Below are positions 61,658-64,000 of a stretch of 64,000 nt of DNA, piece by piece. A program made the position numbers and the translations under genes. The DNA is from a virus (lineage: Duplodnaviria; Caudoviricetes). Within the stretch, counting starts at the first letter, position 1. Every line of letters begins with the position of its first letter. The notes under the pieces were generated by a model. That model saw nothing but the letters and a program-made list of their open reading frames with translations. It did no database searches and was not told the origin of the DNA. The stretch covers positions 4,702-68,701 of IMG/VR virus record IMGVR_UViG_3300031910_000003. One strand, given 5' to 3'.

Positions 61658-63949
61658 ATGCCGCGCGGTGGAACCCAAACCTCACTCGTCGGGATGGTCA
61701 ATACGCTGATGGCGCCGTTCCGCGGCCGTCAGCCCGGCAGAGGCGCGCCGGTCTACAGCTATGCCACCACGCCTAATGGACGGACCCCGGACATCACCCA
61801 GTTTGCGCCGGTTTTCCAGCCATCGGGCGGGCTCTTTGCACCGGGTTATCCACTGGTGCCGCCCGATTACGAGCGCACCCGCCGCTACAACTTTCCGGTG
61901 GGCATCAACTACATTTATACACCACGCTCGTTTGAGCCGATCGGCTTTGCCGAGCTCAAGGCACTGTCCAATGACGACATCACGCGGCTGTGCATCGAGA
62001 CCCGCAAGGACCAGATCGAAAAGCTCGGCTGGACGATCAAGCCGCGCGACGAGGACGGCCCAAAGAAGTCCGGCACCGACAAGCGCATCCAGCAGCTGAC
62101 CGAGTTCTGGCAATACCCCGACGGGATCACGCCATTTGCGACGTGGTTGCGCCAATTGATGGATCAGGTGCTGGTCATCGACGCGCCGGCGATCGAACCA
62201 CGGCGCAATCGCGGTGGCGACGTCATCGGGCTCGACATCATCGACGGGTCGACGATCAAGGTGCTGATCGACGACACCGGGCGCCGCCCGCGGCCGCCGG
62301 CTCCGGCTTTTGAGCAGATCATTCACGGTCGGCCATGGGTATTGCTCGAGGACGGCACCCGCGCCAACACCGAGGAAGGCGAGATCGTTGACCAGTTCAC
62401 CGATCAGGAGCTGATCTATTTCCCGCGCAATCAGCGCGCCGACCACCTCTACGGCTTCTCGCCGGTCGAGCAGATCGTGCTGACGATCAACACCTCGATC
62501 CGCCGCGGCGTGATGCAGCTGCAGCACTTCACGCAGGGCAATGTGCCGCCCGGTCTGGTCAATGCGCCGACGGGCTGGACACCCGAGCAGATCGCACAGT
62601 TTCAGGACTGGTTTGACGGCAAGCTCGCCGGCAACACGGGCGAGCGCACCAAGCTCCTATGGGGACCCGAGGGCGCCAAATACCAGTCGATCAAGGAAGC
62701 GCCGCTCAAAGACGATTTCGACGAGTGGCGGGCCCGGGTGATTTGCTTCGCCTTTAGCCTGCCGCCGACCGCCTTCACCAAGCAGGTCAACCGCAACACC
62801 GCCGAGAGCGCGCAGGAAGCGGCACTCGAGGAGGGCCTGGCGCCGCTGATGGGCTGGGTCAAAAGGCTGGTCGACGGCATCATCCAGCGCCGCATGGGCC
62901 ACCCGGACCTCGAATTCTCCTGGTCGGACATCGCTCCGGTCGACCCGAAAGACCAAGCCGACATGCTGGTCGAGCTGGTCGGCGCCGGGCTGGAGACCTT
63001 GAACGAAGCGCGCGACCTCTTGGGCCTCGACCCCATCGAGGGCGGCGACGAGATCATGTTCAAGACCGGCACCGGTCCGGTCACCCTCGACAGCATCCTC
63101 AACCCGCCCGAGCCGCCGCCGGTCGTGGTGCCGGCTGGTGCGGGTGTAGTCGCGCGAAATCGACCGCCAGCCGCCGGCGGAAAATCGCCGCCGTCGAAAA
63201 ACGGCGCACGGCCGTCGAAGAACGGCACAAAACCGCCGGCAGGCGGCAAAAAGCAGCCGACGACGGCAAAACCGGAGAAGCCCGAGGGCGGCGCCGAGGC
63301 CGGCGGGAAGGCGAAACCGGGCAAGGGCGGGGTAGGCAAAGTCGCCGGCGACCCTCTTCGCCAAGCGGCGGGAGAGCCGCCGCAACATAGCCTTGCTGGA
63401 CCGGACCAAGACCCGCTTGCAGACGAAGCTCGAGCGCTTCTTCGCCGAGCGCGCGCGGGACGTGGCGCGGCAGTTGGCCAAGGAGATGCGGCTCGAGGGC
63501 TGGGAGAGGCTGTAGACCTGCCGCCGCCGTGGCGCTTGATCAGCGGCATCGTTAGCAAAGCCGGCGAAGACAGGGGGCATGTTGCCGCCGAGAACGCGCG
63601 GCCGGTCGAGTTGCCGCTGGCCGACGACATTACGGAAGCTGACATTCGGCACATTGCCTGGCAGATCGTTCGCGATGCGATGGCGCGCGGCGAGGCGCCG
63701 AAGACGCGGACCCGCACGGTGCCGATCGGCGACCTGGTAGCGACCCAGCGTGTCGTCGACGACGAGCGGGTCGAGGACGACGCGGCCGATTACCGCCAGC
63801 ACGGCCAGGGCGCGGAGAAGCCGCTGGTCGTCGAGCGTCAGGGCAAATGGTACATCCTGGCCGGGCATCACCACGCCGAGGGCGCGCTCGACGAGGGTGC
63901 CAGCGAGCTGCGGGTCGAGGAGCTACTGCAAAGCGGAGCCGACGAGTAG
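61658..63949 (+). CDS. Portal protein with long linker and C-terminal ParB-like domain
   Basis: Portal motifs (LD..DG.TIK..D..GRRP..PA..Q..G; YGFSPVEQ; G..P.G; TLNE.R..LG..P) to about aa 490; C-terminal VPIGDLVATQ..PLVV..G.WYILAGHHH. Confidence 0.9.
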   Translation: MPRGGTQTSLVGMVNTLMAPFRGRQPGRGAPVYSYATTPNGRTPDITQFAPVFQPSGGLFAPGYPLVPPDYERTRRYNFPVGINYIYTPRSFEPIGFAELKALSNDDITRLCIETRKDQIEKLGWTIKPRDEDGPKKSGTDKRIQQLTEFWQYPDGITPFATWLRQLMDQVLVIDAPAIEPRRNRGGDVIGLDIIDGSTIKVLIDDTGRRPRPPAPAFEQIIHGRPWVLLEDGTRANTEEGEIVDQFTDQELIYFPRNQRADHLYGFSPVEQIVLTINTSIRRGVMQLQHFTQGNVPPGLVNAPTGWTPEQIAQFQDWFDGKLAGNTGERTKLLWGPEGAKYQSIKEAPLKDDFDEWRARVICFAFSLPPTAFTKQVNRNTAESAQEAALEEGLAPLMGWVKRLVDGIIQRRMGHPDLEFSWSDIAPVDPKDQADMLVELVGAGLETLNEARDLLGLDPIEGGDEIMFKTGTGPVTLDSILNPPEPPPVVVPAGAGVVARNRPPAAGGKSPPSKNGARPSKNGTKPPAGGKKQPTTAKPEKPEGGAEAGGKAKPGKGGVGKVAGDPLRQAAGEPPQHSLAGPDQDPLADEARALLRRARAGRGAAVGQGDAARGLGEAVDLPPPWRLISGIVSKAGEDRGHVAAENARPVELPLADDITEADIRHIAWQIVRDAMARGEAPKTRTRTVPIGDLVATQRVVDDERVEDDAADYRQHGQGAEKPLVVERQGKWYILAGHHHAEGALDEGASELRVEELLQSGADE

Positions 63950-64000
63950 GCCGATCGCGGCAACGCCCGCCGCGGCACCAAGGCACAACAGCACAAAGAC

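Overview
About 64 kb of a high-GC (roughly 65-68% by eye) temperate tailed phage infecting an alphaproteobacterium; the host is inferred from GapR-, SciP- and GcrA-like genes and a tRNA-Pro attachment site. The attP is intact with phage genes on both sides, so this is a free or circular genome, not an integrated prophage. Layout: tail/virion genes (1-10 kb, +); leftward accessory and recombination genes with attP(tRNA-Pro CGG), integrase and excisionase (10-23 kb, -); repressor/Cro switch (23-25 kb); rightward early and replication genes with GapR, a ParB-MT-A70 fusion, a homing endonuclease, an N4/N6 MTase, a replication initiator, HU, a SARP activator, a Cre-like recombinase with a lox-like site, CtrA-like winged helices and a GcrA-like protein (25-40 kb, +); a leftward array of small promoter-bearing gene modules (40.5-57.4 kb, -); then a structured ncRNA region, a DNA-modification/ParB module, terminase and portal (57.5-64 kb, +). 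Best candidate for a new system: 11 full and 1 partial copies of a leader motif 5'-TTCCTTCCGA(N)GGAG-3' overlap the RBS of the leftward genes, and a predicted ~90-nt sRNA at 57532-57621 presents the exact complement of the motif core in a 5' hairpin loop, followed by an anticodon-less tRNA-like element. No searches or folding programs were run; all family assignments come from motif recognition.
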